64,000 nt of DNA from a virus: positions 17,033 through 81,032 of IMG/VR virus record IMGVR_UViG_3300009506_000013. The stretch is one strand, 5' to 3'. How positions within the stretch are numbered: the first letter of the stretch is position 1; each line of letters opens with the position of its first letter. Below are positions 37,320 through 46,703 of the stretch, in pieces. Position numbers and translations under genes: made by a program. Below the pieces are notes generated by a model, which was not told the origin of the DNA, ran no database searches, and was given only the letters and a program-made list of their open reading frames with translations.

Positions 37320-37985
37320 TCAAAGGCGGGCATAGGACTTTGACCACGTTCGGCCCCTTCCGGCGTCCAACTCCGGACCTCCATCACCGTGGCGGACTAC
37401 AAGTTGACCGGCTATGACGGTTCGCCACCGATACGCTCTGGCCCGTAGGCAATATTCATTGTCCTCTCCGCCATATCCTACAATTCCAGTTTCCAGCAAT
37501 CCGATCTTATCAATCATATCCCTTTTCAAGTACACACACGGGAAACAAACTGGGGCTTCTCCCGTAACATCTTTGTGTCTTTCTTCGGGCCGCCACCATA
37601 TACTTTTCTGATGATAATATTGTAGCTTGTTCCCGACACCACCCATAATCAAAGGTGACAGTATACCCACATCTGGATAATCTGCCTCCTCTGCCAACCG
37701 GCGAAAGAAGTGGCGCTGGAGGAGCGATATATCATCATTCATCAATATGACATCATCTTCGCCCGCTTCCACAATGCCGGCGTTGGCCGATATCGCAAAC
37801 TGGAACTTCCCACCGGGATATGGTATCTGCTCGAAGCCATAGCTGTTCTTGTGCCCGTCTGCAACTATGATTATTCGGGGATGTGGCTTGGGAATATAGG
37901 CACGTATTGACCGGATCAAAGGCTGAATAATATCCTCGAATCTATTGGGAATGACTACTGTATAATTGTTCAAGACTCCCCCCAT
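37320..37985 (-). CDS. GT2-family glycosyltransferase
   Basis: VVIPNR, ILMNDD and GGEDNEYC motifs. Confidence 0.8.
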   Translation of the reverse strand: MGGVLNNYTVVIPNRFEDIIQPLIRSIRAYIPKPHPRIIIVADGHKNSYGFEQIPYPGGKFQFAISANAGIVEAGEDDVILMNDDISLLQRHFFRRLAEEADYPDVGILSPLIMGGVGNKLQYYHQKSIWWRPEERHKDVTGEAPVCFPCVYLKRDMIDKIGLLETGIVGYGGEDNEYCLRARAYRWRTVIAGQLVVRHGDGGPELDAGRGRTWSKSYARL

Positions 37986-38794
37986 TCAGCTACAGGGTCA
38001 TAAACCAAACACCCTTCCGGCTCGCGATAATACCAATGTTCCCAGAACACCTTGGCCAGAGCTTCCCGGCCTCCAGCATTGTATAGGTTGTAATAATCGC
38101 GCCAGTGCCTTCCGTAGGCCAAGGGCAAATCTGCGGCCTCGTATGCCTTCCCGCCATTGATTGCCTTGCGGATAAAGTGTTCTGCGCTCCGGACCTGAAA
38201 ATGCCGGATCTCTATTTCAACAGGATAGTTAAACTGGACGGGAGCATATTGGTGAAATATGACTTCGTGGTTCCCCTGCTCGATGGTGAACTTGGTCCGG
38301 TCTGCCCGAAATGCTATCTTGGAGAGGGGGAGTGCCCGTGGCGCCCGCCAGCCCATCCTTTTAAAAGGATTGAGAATGTCTGGATCATCCTTCGCAGTAC
38401 AGTGGTGGTTGTAGAGCTTTACTCCGATCCAATCCGATGGGACCTGCTGAAGATAACCGGCGAGAGTTTGGTTAGATGATCCCATTACACGCCACCATTC
38501 ATCCGCATCAAACGGTATCACCCATCTCGCCCCCAGTTCGAAGGCCCTTTCTGCGAGCGCGGTCATCTTTGCGCTTTGGTAGTATCCCACCTCCGAATCA
38601 GTAGTGATAAAGATCCTGTTACGGGCCTTTGCCATATCGTGAAGTATATCTGATGTCCCGTCTGTGGAAAGATTATCCGCAACAATAATCCCATCCAACT
38701 CCTCATCTAACATGTGTTCGAGAATGGGCCGGATAACGTCTGCCTCATCCTTTACCATGGTAACGCCCCAAACCTCTTCCCAATCCCCCATCAC
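37970..38794 (-). CDS. GT2-family glycosyltransferase
   Basis: MVKDEADV, VADNLSTDGT and WVIPFDADEW motifs. Confidence 0.85.
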   Translation of the reverse strand: MMGDWEEVWGVTMVKDEADVIRPILEHMLDEELDGIIVADNLSTDGTSDILHDMAKARNRIFITTDSEVGYYQSAKMTALAERAFELGARWVIPFDADEWWRVMGSSNQTLAGYLQQVPSDWIGVKLYNHHCTAKDDPDILNPFKRMGWRAPRALPLSKIAFRADRTKFTIEQGNHEVIFHQYAPVQFNYPVEIEIRHFQVRSAEHFIRKAINGGKAYEAADLPLAYGRHWRDYYNLYNAGGREALAKVFWEHWYYREPEGCLVYDPVAEWGES

Positions 38795-39351
38795 TCCTCC
38801 TTTGCCCTTTGTACCAGAGTAAATATTTGATCCACGATCCTCGTAGGATCTTTGATTAAATTTTCGAACCGGATAAAGTACGGCTGGACATTATTGCTCT
38901 GGAACCACCGGCCCCATGCCCTATTGTGCCGGATAACCTCTTCCACCTGCCACCGGGAAGGCCTTGGCCGGAGGATGGGCGATTGCCGTTTGAACCAAAT
39001 GCCTGTTCGCCGCGCCCGCTCCCAACTTGCGGCCTGAGCGATGATGTTCCGATGCTGGAAAAGCCAGATGTATTTGGAGCCAGGAGGGAACAGCCATTTA
39101 ATATCATAGTGGACCCATGGATAGTCCATCTCCCCCCAATGGATCTTTATAACCACGATATCATTGACCGTTATCTGCTCCCAAAGCCAAGGCCAATAGT
39201 CCGCTCCACCGAAACGGTGCATCTCTTGGAGCGGCTCCATAAGCCGGGGAGAAGCCCACTCATCACCATTACCAATTCCCCGGTCCCGCAATAGCCGGCA
39301 AAGATAGTTCCCACCCGTTCTGGGCGTTCCACAAATAGGTATCGCAATCAC
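38791..39351 (-). CDS. Stf0-type sulfotransferase
   Basis: 5'-PSB loop CGTPRTGGNYL, 3'-PB RNIIAQAAS, IRFENL. Confidence 0.8.
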   Translation of the reverse strand: MIAIPICGTPRTGGNYLCRLLRDRGIGNGDEWASPRLMEPLQEMHRFGGADYWPWLWEQITVNDIVVIKIHWGEMDYPWVHYDIKWLFPPGSKYIWLFQHRNIIAQAASWERARRTGIWFKRQSPILRPRPSRWQVEEVIRHNRAWGRWFQSNNVQPYFIRFENLIKDPTRIVDQIFTLVQRAKEE

Positions 39352-39722
39352 TTTTTCAACTCCTCCAAAGTAGGCACTTCAAACTCCAGCCCATTCCATA
39401 GGTCTTCCCCGCCCGGTATATAAACAAGCAAACTCTCCTCCCAATAGCTTCTCATCCGCTCCCGCCATTCCCGCTTTGGAGCAATAAAGGCCAAAATGAC
39501 TATATACCCGGCCTCTTCCAAGACTCGTGCCTCTTTCGCAGCAGCAATAAGGTTCCTTGCCCGCCCGCCTTCTGAAAAGTCTTGATTGTTTGTACGCAAG
39601 CGGAATACATCCGCATCTATAGTTTTGACCTTTGGCCCCTCCGGATCATATAGCTCACACTCCAGCGTACAGGCATAATGCGTCTTTCCCGCTCCTGGTT
39701 TCCCGCAAATTAAGTATACCAT
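39348..39722 (-). CDS. cysC: adenylyl-sulfate (APS) kinase-like protein
   Basis: GKPGAGKT P-loop, DADVFR, DFSEGGRARN and AFIAP; true start is ATG 39722 with SD AAGGAGG. Confidence 0.75.
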   Translation of the reverse strand: MVYLICGKPGAGKTHYACTLECELYDPEGPKVKTIDADVFRLRTNNQDFSEGGRARNLIAAAKEARVLEEAGYIVILAFIAPKREWRERMRSYWEESLLVYIPGGEDLWNGLEFEVPTLEELKK

Positions 39723-39733
39723 TGTTCTCCTCC

Positions 39734-40399
39734 TTATGCTGGCTCCGGCATCTTCCAGCCGTGCCCGTGTTTGTCTCCATACCGCTGTAAATAGAACTCT
39801 CCCGGCCCGGTGTTGTAGATTGTTCCGCCACACCGATGACAGGCCTGTATAAAGCTCGTATCTGCCCAATAATTATCAGGGTCATGACGGAAGGCTGGAT
39901 TTTCCATATACCGCCGCCACAACACTGCAATCGTAGGGCCAGCCACACAAGCCACCGGCCCCTCCATATCAGGATTCATCTTGTACCGGCGTTCTTTGTC
40001 CTTTCCAATCCACCGCGCCCAATAGTCAGACTTCCCCACCATCCAAGCATCTGGATAGGCGCGGAATTTTTCTTCCACCTGCTGAAGATAACCGGGACCA
40101 TACCAATCATCATCATCCATCACACACATTACTGTATCATCGTCGGCAGAGGCTAGCCTTGCGGCACTTGGGATCGCGAACAAGAACATCTTTGACAGGT
40201 TCCACGTATCCAACCCGCGACAAGCATCAAATGGATAACCCGCTTCTGCCATCTCTTCTATTAGACCATCAGGGGAGCTGGTCACCTTATGATAGGCGAG
40301 AAAGCTGAAATCTGGTTTGCGCCTCTGCCTCTTGATGTTCTCTTTTATATTCCCCCACATACTCGATCTCAGCGAACATGTAACCGTAACAAGTCTCAT
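39734..40399 (-). CDS. GT-A fold glycosyltransferase
   Basis: CVMDDDDWYGPGY, VAGPT and WADTSF motifs; start 40399 overlaps the upstream stop. Confidence 0.65.
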   Translation of the reverse strand: MRLVTVTCSLRSSMWGNIKENIKRQRRKPDFSFLAYHKVTSSPDGLIEEMAEAGYPFDACRGLDTWNLSKMFLFAIPSAARLASADDDTVMCVMDDDDWYGPGYLQQVEEKFRAYPDAWMVGKSDYWARWIGKDKERRYKMNPDMEGPVACVAGPTIAVLWRRYMENPAFRHDPDNYWADTSFIQACHRCGGTIYNTGPGEFYLQRYGDKHGHGWKMPEPA

Positions 40400-41040
40400 T
40401 CCTCTTCTATCCTCTCCAGTAAAAAGAATCCGTGGCCCTCTGGGTGCGTTCTGTAGTGCTCCTCTTTGATGCCGGGGATTTGAAATGTAAAAGACTTTAG
40501 CCGCCATCCGCAGAAAGCAAAAGTCCTAATCCACCAGTCATATGTTTCGCGGATCTGGTGCGTGGTATCGTTGTTGTTTTCGGGACAATAGAAATTGGTG
40601 CCGTTGCCAAGAGGGATGATATGGAAAGCCTTGGGAAAGAACTTTGCCGCATCCGCAAGTAGGTTCCCAAGCTCTTCCACCTCCATGTGTTCGAGAGTGT
40701 CCTTGGTAAAAAACCATTCATAATCGCGGCCAGTAAAGAATGTCTCATCCGGCCCATTCAGCTTTCCCACATACTTCCGGACATCTTCGGGAGCTTGGCT
40801 GATTGCGTATTCGGAGATGTCCACCCCGAAGGCATCAATCCCAAGCATCCGGAAGGCCTTTACATAATAGCCCTTCGCACAACCAAAGTCTAACAGGCTA
40901 TCACCCATCCGGAGGCCCATGTACTCGATCAAGTAATGAACGGCCCGTATCGTCTTCTCAGGCATCCAATGATAATTACTGTAGCAGGACTTCCCTGTTA
41001 CAGTCCCCATCTCGAAATACTCCTCATCATACTTTTCCAT
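40396..41040 (-). CDS. class I SAM-dependent methyltransferase
   Basis: LLDFGCAKG, GVDISEYA and DTLEH motifs. Confidence 0.85.
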   Translation of the reverse strand: MEKYDEEYFEMGTVTGKSCYSNYHWMPEKTIRAVHYLIEYMGLRMGDSLLDFGCAKGYYVKAFRMLGIDAFGVDISEYAISQAPEDVRKYVGKLNGPDETFFTGRDYEWFFTKDTLEHMEVEELGNLLADAAKFFPKAFHIIPLGNGTNFYCPENNNDTTHQIRETYDWWIRTFAFCGWRLKSFTFQIPGIKEEHYRTHPEGHGFFLLERIEEE

Positions 41041-41047
41041 AGTCCAC

Positions 41048-42052
41048 CTATATAAAGTTGACGTGTTCTAATCGGGGAAGCTCGTTGTCCCACTCTATGG
41101 GAAGATGCCCTGCTATAATATCACTCAGCAGTTCATTCTGGACACTAAAGACGCAACGCGGACATTTCGCCGTATCTATCAAGCTTCCGCTTATCTCCTT
41201 GTCCCAATAGAACTCCTCCACTCTATCCCAACGGCAAAGCGCATAATCAGGATGAAATCTCCTATCGTCTGAAGGACTGTTTAAAACAAGCGAATCACAC
41301 GGGTAGATGTACCCATCAGTATACAAGACTGGGTGAACGCGGCCAAGATGACACTCTCGCGGCTGTACAAGAAACTTTCTTTGATGGAAGAAAGGTGGTC
41401 CCAACTCTGCGGCCTTCCTTCTTAAGAAGTGGTTGGCGGCATCGAACTGATCCGGAGGCAGGTTGCAATCAGGGATAAGCCGGACATAGCGGATGGGATG
41501 ACTCCGGATAGCCTTCTGGATTTTCTCCATAGCCGGAGGCATCCCGCCTCCACCGGGCCACACATAGCTCATCCCCACGGTGATATTCTCTGGAACTCTG
41601 GGAATGATATCGGCAGACGGGAGATAATCCCACGTGTTTGCCGAAACACGGATCCAACAGACAGTTGAGTCAGTAAAGTGCGCGTTGTTTAGTACTGCAC
41701 CATTTGTGATCAGGCCAACATCCAGCTTCATCTCCTTTAAGAACTTCAAAAGGCGTCCCAAACTTGCATACAGCGTTGGCTCGCCGCCACCACTAATAAT
41801 CACAGCCTTCAGCCCCAACGGGATCATCCTATAAACAACATCTTCTATAATCCCGAAATACAAATCAGGAAACAGCCTTCCTTCCCGGCCCCGATCTGCA
41901 ACAGAACAGAACTTACACCGGAGGTTACACCGTTCTGTCGGCATAACGTGGAGGGTGATGGGATGATTCCTGCGGTCTATAAGATCCTTAATCGCATCCA
42001 TGTGGTAGCGTAATTTTTGCCCCGTCGATGTATAGCTATTAAGTCTGTCCAT
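41048..42052 (-). CDS. radical SAM protein with SPASM/twitch-like C-terminus
   Basis: CNLRCKFC, SGGGEP, ITNG, C..DGYIYPC..CPRC; start 42052 overlaps the upstream TAA. Confidence 0.85.
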   Translation of the reverse strand: MDRLNSYTSTGQKLRYHMDAIKDLIDRRNHPITLHVMPTERCNLRCKFCSVADRGREGRLFPDLYFGIIEDVVYRMIPLGLKAVIISGGGEPTLYASLGRLLKFLKEMKLDVGLITNGAVLNNAHFTDSTVCWIRVSANTWDYLPSADIIPRVPENITVGMSYVWPGGGGMPPAMEKIQKAIRSHPIRYVRLIPDCNLPPDQFDAANHFLRRKAAELGPPFFHQRKFLVQPRECHLGRVHPVLYTDGYIYPCDSLVLNSPSDDRRFHPDYALCRWDRVEEFYWDKEISGSLIDTAKCPRCVFSVQNELLSDIIAGHLPIEWDNELPRLEHVNFI

Positions 42053-42789
42053 TAGTAACCCTTTCCAACCCGTTGATCTCCTATGTGCCAAACTGTTGGC
42101 TTATCGCCAAAGGAACCCAAATGTGCGAAGTCCAAACCCTTCTTCAGGAGCTTGTGCGTAAACACGCCTTCGCAATGCTTCTCTAGTGGCCAGCCCAAAT
42201 AAGGAATGTTTCTTGGATAAAGACATGGGTTGGTCGTAAAATAGGATCTGTGCCGGAGCCAATAGATGCGGTCCGAATCAGGCCCAACAAATGCTGGCCG
42301 ATTGTGGATGTAACTTTCCTTTAAAGTAGACCACTGTTGGTATTGATCCAGACGGGATTCAATTAAGCCTCCGGCCTTTTTCTCTGTCTCATTCCACGGC
42401 TGGCGCACGAGTGCTATCTGAGCAAGATCTGGTTCAGTCCTTAACACCCGAACCATATCACGCAACTGGATCTCTCTCAGGAATAGAAAGTCATCCTCAA
42501 GGTGGAACACGAAGTCTGAACCAACCTCCAGCCGCCTCCAAGCATCCCATATACTCCGGCAAAAGCCAAGCCGGATTGGATGAAATATGGCCCCTGTAAA
42601 CCGTCCAGCATCCAAAAAGTTATCGACAATGTACTGATTGTAAGATGGGTTGGCCGAATCATCAATCAGTAGCCGTTGAAGCCACTTCATATCCCCGTCT
42701 AGCTTTATCATCTTATCAAAGCTGTCCAATGTCCTTTGGAGCAATCCTTCCCGGCCATCCGTAAAACAGATCAACGACAGATGTATCAT
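42052..42789 (-). CDS. GT-A fold glycosyltransferase
   Basis: LIDDS, FHLEDDF, TTNPCLY and WHIG motifs. Confidence 0.75.
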   Translation of the reverse strand: MIHLSLICFTDGREGLLQRTLDSFDKMIKLDGDMKWLQRLLIDDSANPSYNQYIVDNFLDAGRFTGAIFHPIRLGFCRSIWDAWRRLEVGSDFVFHLEDDFLFLREIQLRDMVRVLRTEPDLAQIALVRQPWNETEKKAGGLIESRLDQYQQWSTLKESYIHNRPAFVGPDSDRIYWLRHRSYFTTNPCLYPRNIPYLGWPLEKHCEGVFTHKLLKKGLDFAHLGSFGDKPTVWHIGDQRVGKGY

Positions 42790-43406
42790 ATGAGTCTTTT
42801 CTCCTTTGCTATGGGTGTAAATTCTCCTCTTATTTGGTGGTATAACTCTTGTGCCCGCTTTCCTGATAAATGATTCCGGCTATTCGGCCTCATGTGCGCC
42901 CGGTACACAGCATCCCGAACCAAGCCCAGCACCGCACCATCCACCCAGCATCGCAACCACAATCCCCAATCCTCATAGGCCGGATAATCTGGAAAGCCTC
43001 CAACCCTCAAGAACTGTTCGCGGCGCACCAGCGTCCCGATCACCATGTGATTCTGGTCCAAGAGTGTATTCCCTTTAACCAAGATGCGGCTTGGGGCAGA
43101 ATCAGCATCCCCGCCATACGGGACATAGCGCACCCTTGGATAGCGCAAATCCCCTGTCCCGGCCAGCATCGCCTCCAAATACCCCGGCTCCAGTTCATCA
43201 TCCGCATCCAAGAAGCACAACCATGTCCCGGTTGCCTTGTGGACAGCGCCGTTTCGGGCAACTTGGATGTTTGATCCGTGACTTCGGATTAACTGGTGAA
43301 GGTATCGGCCTTGTTGGTGAGCGGAAGCGATGGCCCGCTCCGCGAGCTTATCCCACCGGACCTTATCCCCGAACGTCGCAATGATTACTGTAGCTGTCTC
43401 GTTCAT
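42786..43406 (-). CDS. GT2-family glycosyltransferase
   Basis: VIIATF, ARNGA, LCFLDADD and YEDWGLW motifs. Confidence 0.85.
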   Translation of the reverse strand: MNETATVIIATFGDKVRWDKLAERAIASAHQQGRYLHQLIRSHGSNIQVARNGAVHKATGTWLCFLDADDELEPGYLEAMLAGTGDLRYPRVRYVPYGGDADSAPSRILVKGNTLLDQNHMVIGTLVRREQFLRVGGFPDYPAYEDWGLWLRCWVDGAVLGLVRDAVYRAHMRPNSRNHLSGKRAQELYHQIRGEFTPIAKEKRLI

Positions 43407-43600
43407 TTCTCCTTCACTTCGAACTCAATTAAATTACCACAATCGCACTCATATGTAAACCGCTCGCCAATCTCCGGCAGCAGGGAAGTGCTGACCCGTA
43501 TGGGTAGCGAACAAACCATACAAACCACGCTGGGGTCATCCTTCGTAAGCACCGCATATGGCGGGCCGTCATTGCAGGTGTTCTTTGTAAATATGTTCAT
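43403..43600 (-). CDS. small zinc-ribbon protein
   Basis: CMVC...CDCG; overlapping start and stop with both neighbours. Confidence 0.5.
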   Translation of the reverse strand: MNIFTKNTCNDGPPYAVLTKDDPSVVCMVCSLPIRVSTSLLPEIGERFTYECDCGNLIEFEVKEK

Positions 43601-44232
43601 AATTCCCTTATTGTGTGTAATCCGTTATTGGTTCCCCGCTCTCCCAGCTTCTCCAGTCGCAGGTGGCGGGCCGGGATGCCTTGAACATATCCCATCTTCA
43701 GCTTCTCTTCCCGTATCCGTTTCAAGAAGCCTACATCAAGCCGGCACGGCATCTTATTAGACCGCTTCGCATATGTTCCATCCTCTAACAATATCCAATC
43801 TTCACCATCAAACCAAGGATCGCCAATCACCGTCAGCGCTCCATTACTAATCAGCATACAACCGATACCACTATGGAATATCTCCCCCTTTTTTAGCATC
43901 AGGCTGTGCGCTCCCCCTTCCAGCCGGTAGTCAACAAACATTACATCCGCCTTATTCCGGACCATCAAGTCAAGCATTACAGAGAGCACCAGCGGCGGCG
44001 GCACTGTATCCTCCTCCACCAGCCACACATACGCAGGGTACAGTTTCTGTGCTCTCCGGATCGCCTCGTTGTGAGATGCTGGAAGGGTGTGCTGGGAAGT
44101 AGTCACGAAAGTGAACCGGCTATTTTTCTGGTATTTCTCTATGGATAGGAAGTTTGCTTCAACGGCTTGAATGACGTCTGTGAGAACGGCCCCGCGTGTC
44201 GGGATTGCAGCAACTACAAGAAAGTCGGCCAT
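43597..44232 (-). CDS. GT-A fold glycosyltransferase
   Basis: AIPTRG, WLVEEDTVPP and GIGCMLI motifs. Confidence 0.7.
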   Translation of the reverse strand: MADFLVVAAIPTRGAVLTDVIQAVEANFLSIEKYQKNSRFTFVTTSQHTLPASHNEAIRRAQKLYPAYVWLVEEDTVPPPLVLSVMLDLMVRNKADVMFVDYRLEGGAHSLMLKKGEIFHSGIGCMLISNGALTVIGDPWFDGEDWILLEDGTYAKRSNKMPCRLDVGFLKRIREEKLKMGYVQGIPARHLRLEKLGERGTNNGLHTIREL

Positions 44233-44277
44233 CAGTTATCTCCTTATACAATATGTCCACCTCTTATATTATACCCA

Positions 44278-44565
44278 CTAAGGCTTCTGGGTGTCCCAAA
44301 GAACATACACCCCTATTTCAGCATACATATTGCAAAGGGATAGCTCAGCATGCATGAGACTTGCGCTGGGTAGCCTTTTCTCCACCCGGTAGTCATCGAT
44401 GCGGGCTGACTCCGGTATCATAAACTCTCTTTCTGTGGAAAGGAACTTTGTTATTTTTCTGGTAGTCTCTACATCAGGGAAGTCCACCGTGAACTTCCGG
44501 TTAATTTGATCATATTTTACTGTGCCCTTATAATCCTTTGTTTTCACCATTACCTTCATTACCAC
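44278..44565 (-). CDS. hypothetical protein (candidate immunity protein for the MuF toxin domain)
   Basis: Small ORF overlapping the MuF stop codon. Confidence 0.5.
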   Translation of the reverse strand: MVMKVMVKTKDYKGTVKYDQINRKFTVDFPDVETTRKITKFLSTEREFMIPESARIDDYRVEKRLPSASLMHAELSLCNMYAEIGVYVLWDTQKP

Positions 44566-46595
44566 CTCCCCAATATCCTTGTGCCTTCGGCAAACTTTTC
44601 TTCAATAAACTTCGCCAACTCTGGATACCTGTCCTGTACCAAATACCATTCTGTCTCCCTTGCTGCCCATTTTGCCTTCCCCTTCAGCACCAACTCCTCT
44701 ACCCCTGCTTGGCCAAGCATAGACCCTGCTGCGGCCCTCTCCCGATATCCTGCCAATATCTTATCATAAGTTGATGCCTTATTCAGATATTCCGCATACC
44801 GCTGACAGTTCATCGTCCACCACTCAGGCCCATCCGTTCCGCCCTTCCAAGGATATATTCGGCCTTCATAATCGCGGATCCAATTATCCTTCCAATAATT
44901 CCCATCTCCGTTTGTGTAGGTGCCGATCTCCTTTGTATGGATGCTCTTATATACCCCGGCAAGCCGCTTACCATCTTCCGCCTTCACCCAAGGATTATTG
45001 GTCCAACGGAAGCCAGTTCCAGAACCACCTACTTGATACAGATCATGTTTGGCCCCGAATATAACATCATCTACTGCATGCCCTACTTCATGGGCCACGG
45101 TTACATATCCGTCATTCGCAAAGACTTCCACTTTGTTGCTAGTATTCTGGCCCCACCAAGCCCGGTTATAGGAATTGTGCCAATTAATCTTTACACCCTT
45201 CTCACGCAACGTATCCAGCACATCGAGCGGATACATGTCTGTTCCTTTTTTAGAGGCCAACTTCATCGCAGAATACTTGCCCGGCGTAACATCGCTTGGT
45301 ATCACAGTCATCTCTTCTACAATAGACAGTCTTGTCTCCAAATACGTTTCCTCATCCATAAATGGAACTGTCTTGTAAAAGGCCCCTCTCTCTTTCCGGA
45401 TAACCTTGCTGAGCGTTGCCCGCGCCTCTTCGAGTTGGACTGATGCTCGATTCAACAATTTGTATGCGGCTGTCCGCTCTTCCTGATTGGCGGATGCGAA
45501 GTATGCTTGATTCGCGGATGCCTTCTCTATCTCCCATTCCTTCACACTCTTCTCTGCGGATACTCTGGCCTGTTGCTGGCTCTTCCAATTCGCCTGTGCC
45601 TTTTGCTTTGGAGTCATCTTTGGCTGAGGAGCGGGCTTTGGCTTTGGTTTGGGCTTGACTACCTTTGGCTTTATTGGCTTGGCCCCTTTAAGTACAGTAG
45701 GCTGGACCGGACCAACTACTGCTATCTTTTGTACAAGGTTCTCTCCGCACCGGCAATTAGGATGTAGCGTTGGCCCGGTAGTCCCTGCCCCGAAGCCAAC
45801 TTGGTAGACTCCGCCGATGGGCCTTCTGGCCCCCTTCATCGAGTTACACCTATCGCACGTTACATCATCCGGCGTAACAATCCACTCCACCTCCATGTTG
45901 TTCTTATCAATCCGGCCCTCACTCACAGCCTGATCCCAGGCCAACCGCTGACCCTCGCAAGAAGCCTCGATGGTTTCCGTCCGCGCAATCATGGATGCCC
46001 GTTGCTTCAATAGCTTCCACCGATACCGGCCAACCATCTTATCATACTGGGCCCCGGTATAGCCTCTTTGCGCAAGGTTGGTCCGGAACTTCCGCAGGGA
46101 AGCCATCTGCCTCTGGTTCAGCCCTAATTCATCGCGGATGTTTGCCGCACTTTCAATAATGTTGAAGATGCGATCCTTTGGAACTCCCCGCCCGTCCAAG
46201 AATGCTTCCCGAACGGCATCGGTGATTCCTTTGCGGGTTTGATCGGTGATGCTGGTAATGAGCCTTCCGGCCCGCGTATTCACGGCGGTGATTACTTCTG
46301 GAAACATAACATTGAAAGATCCTTCAACCCCGATAAGATCCTTCATGGCAGCAGTTCCGGCAGAGTCCATTATTCCAAGCATAGCTTTTTTGATTTGCGG
46401 GCTGAATTCGGTTTGCATCACCTTATCCCAATCCAGCGCATCCCAAGCAAACTGAGCATTCCCTGACTTTACCGCTTCCCGAATTTTCCGGATGTTTACG
46501 CTTGAGGCCATCTTGCGAACGAACTTGACGAACTCCCATTGGAACTGCGGCTGGGCCCGGTCAGCGATATAATGGAGCTTTTGCCACAATTCCAT
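44559..46595 (-). CDS. MuF/SPP1 gp7-like minor head protein with C-terminal HEXXH metallopeptidase-like domain
   Basis: RASMIARTE, WIVTPDDVTCDRC and LHPNCRC motifs, then a KP-rich linker and VAHEVGHAVD. Confidence 0.8.
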   Translation of the reverse strand: MELWQKLHYIADRAQPQFQWEFVKFVRKMASSVNIRKIREAVKSGNAQFAWDALDWDKVMQTEFSPQIKKAMLGIMDSAGTAAMKDLIGVEGSFNVMFPEVITAVNTRAGRLITSITDQTRKGITDAVREAFLDGRGVPKDRIFNIIESAANIRDELGLNQRQMASLRKFRTNLAQRGYTGAQYDKMVGRYRWKLLKQRASMIARTETIEASCEGQRLAWDQAVSEGRIDKNNMEVEWIVTPDDVTCDRCNSMKGARRPIGGVYQVGFGAGTTGPTLHPNCRCGENLVQKIAVVGPVQPTVLKGAKPIKPKVVKPKPKPKPAPQPKMTPKQKAQANWKSQQQARVSAEKSVKEWEIEKASANQAYFASANQEERTAAYKLLNRASVQLEEARATLSKVIRKERGAFYKTVPFMDEETYLETRLSIVEEMTVIPSDVTPGKYSAMKLASKKGTDMYPLDVLDTLREKGVKINWHNSYNRAWWGQNTSNKVEVFANDGYVTVAHEVGHAVDDVIFGAKHDLYQVGGSGTGFRWTNNPWVKAEDGKRLAGVYKSIHTKEIGTYTNGDGNYWKDNWIRDYEGRIYPWKGGTDGPEWWTMNCQRYAEYLNKASTYDKILAGYRERAAAGSMLGQAGVEELVLKGKAKWAARETEWYLVQDRYPELAKFIEEKFAEGTRILGRW

Positions 46596-46703
46596 AGGTT
46601 TTACCTGCTATATTTTAGGCTGATATCTGTTGTAGGATGGCTGTAGGTGGGTCCGAACGATAATATCACAATAATCCGGCGAATCCTCCTGAAATCGGCC
46701 ATT

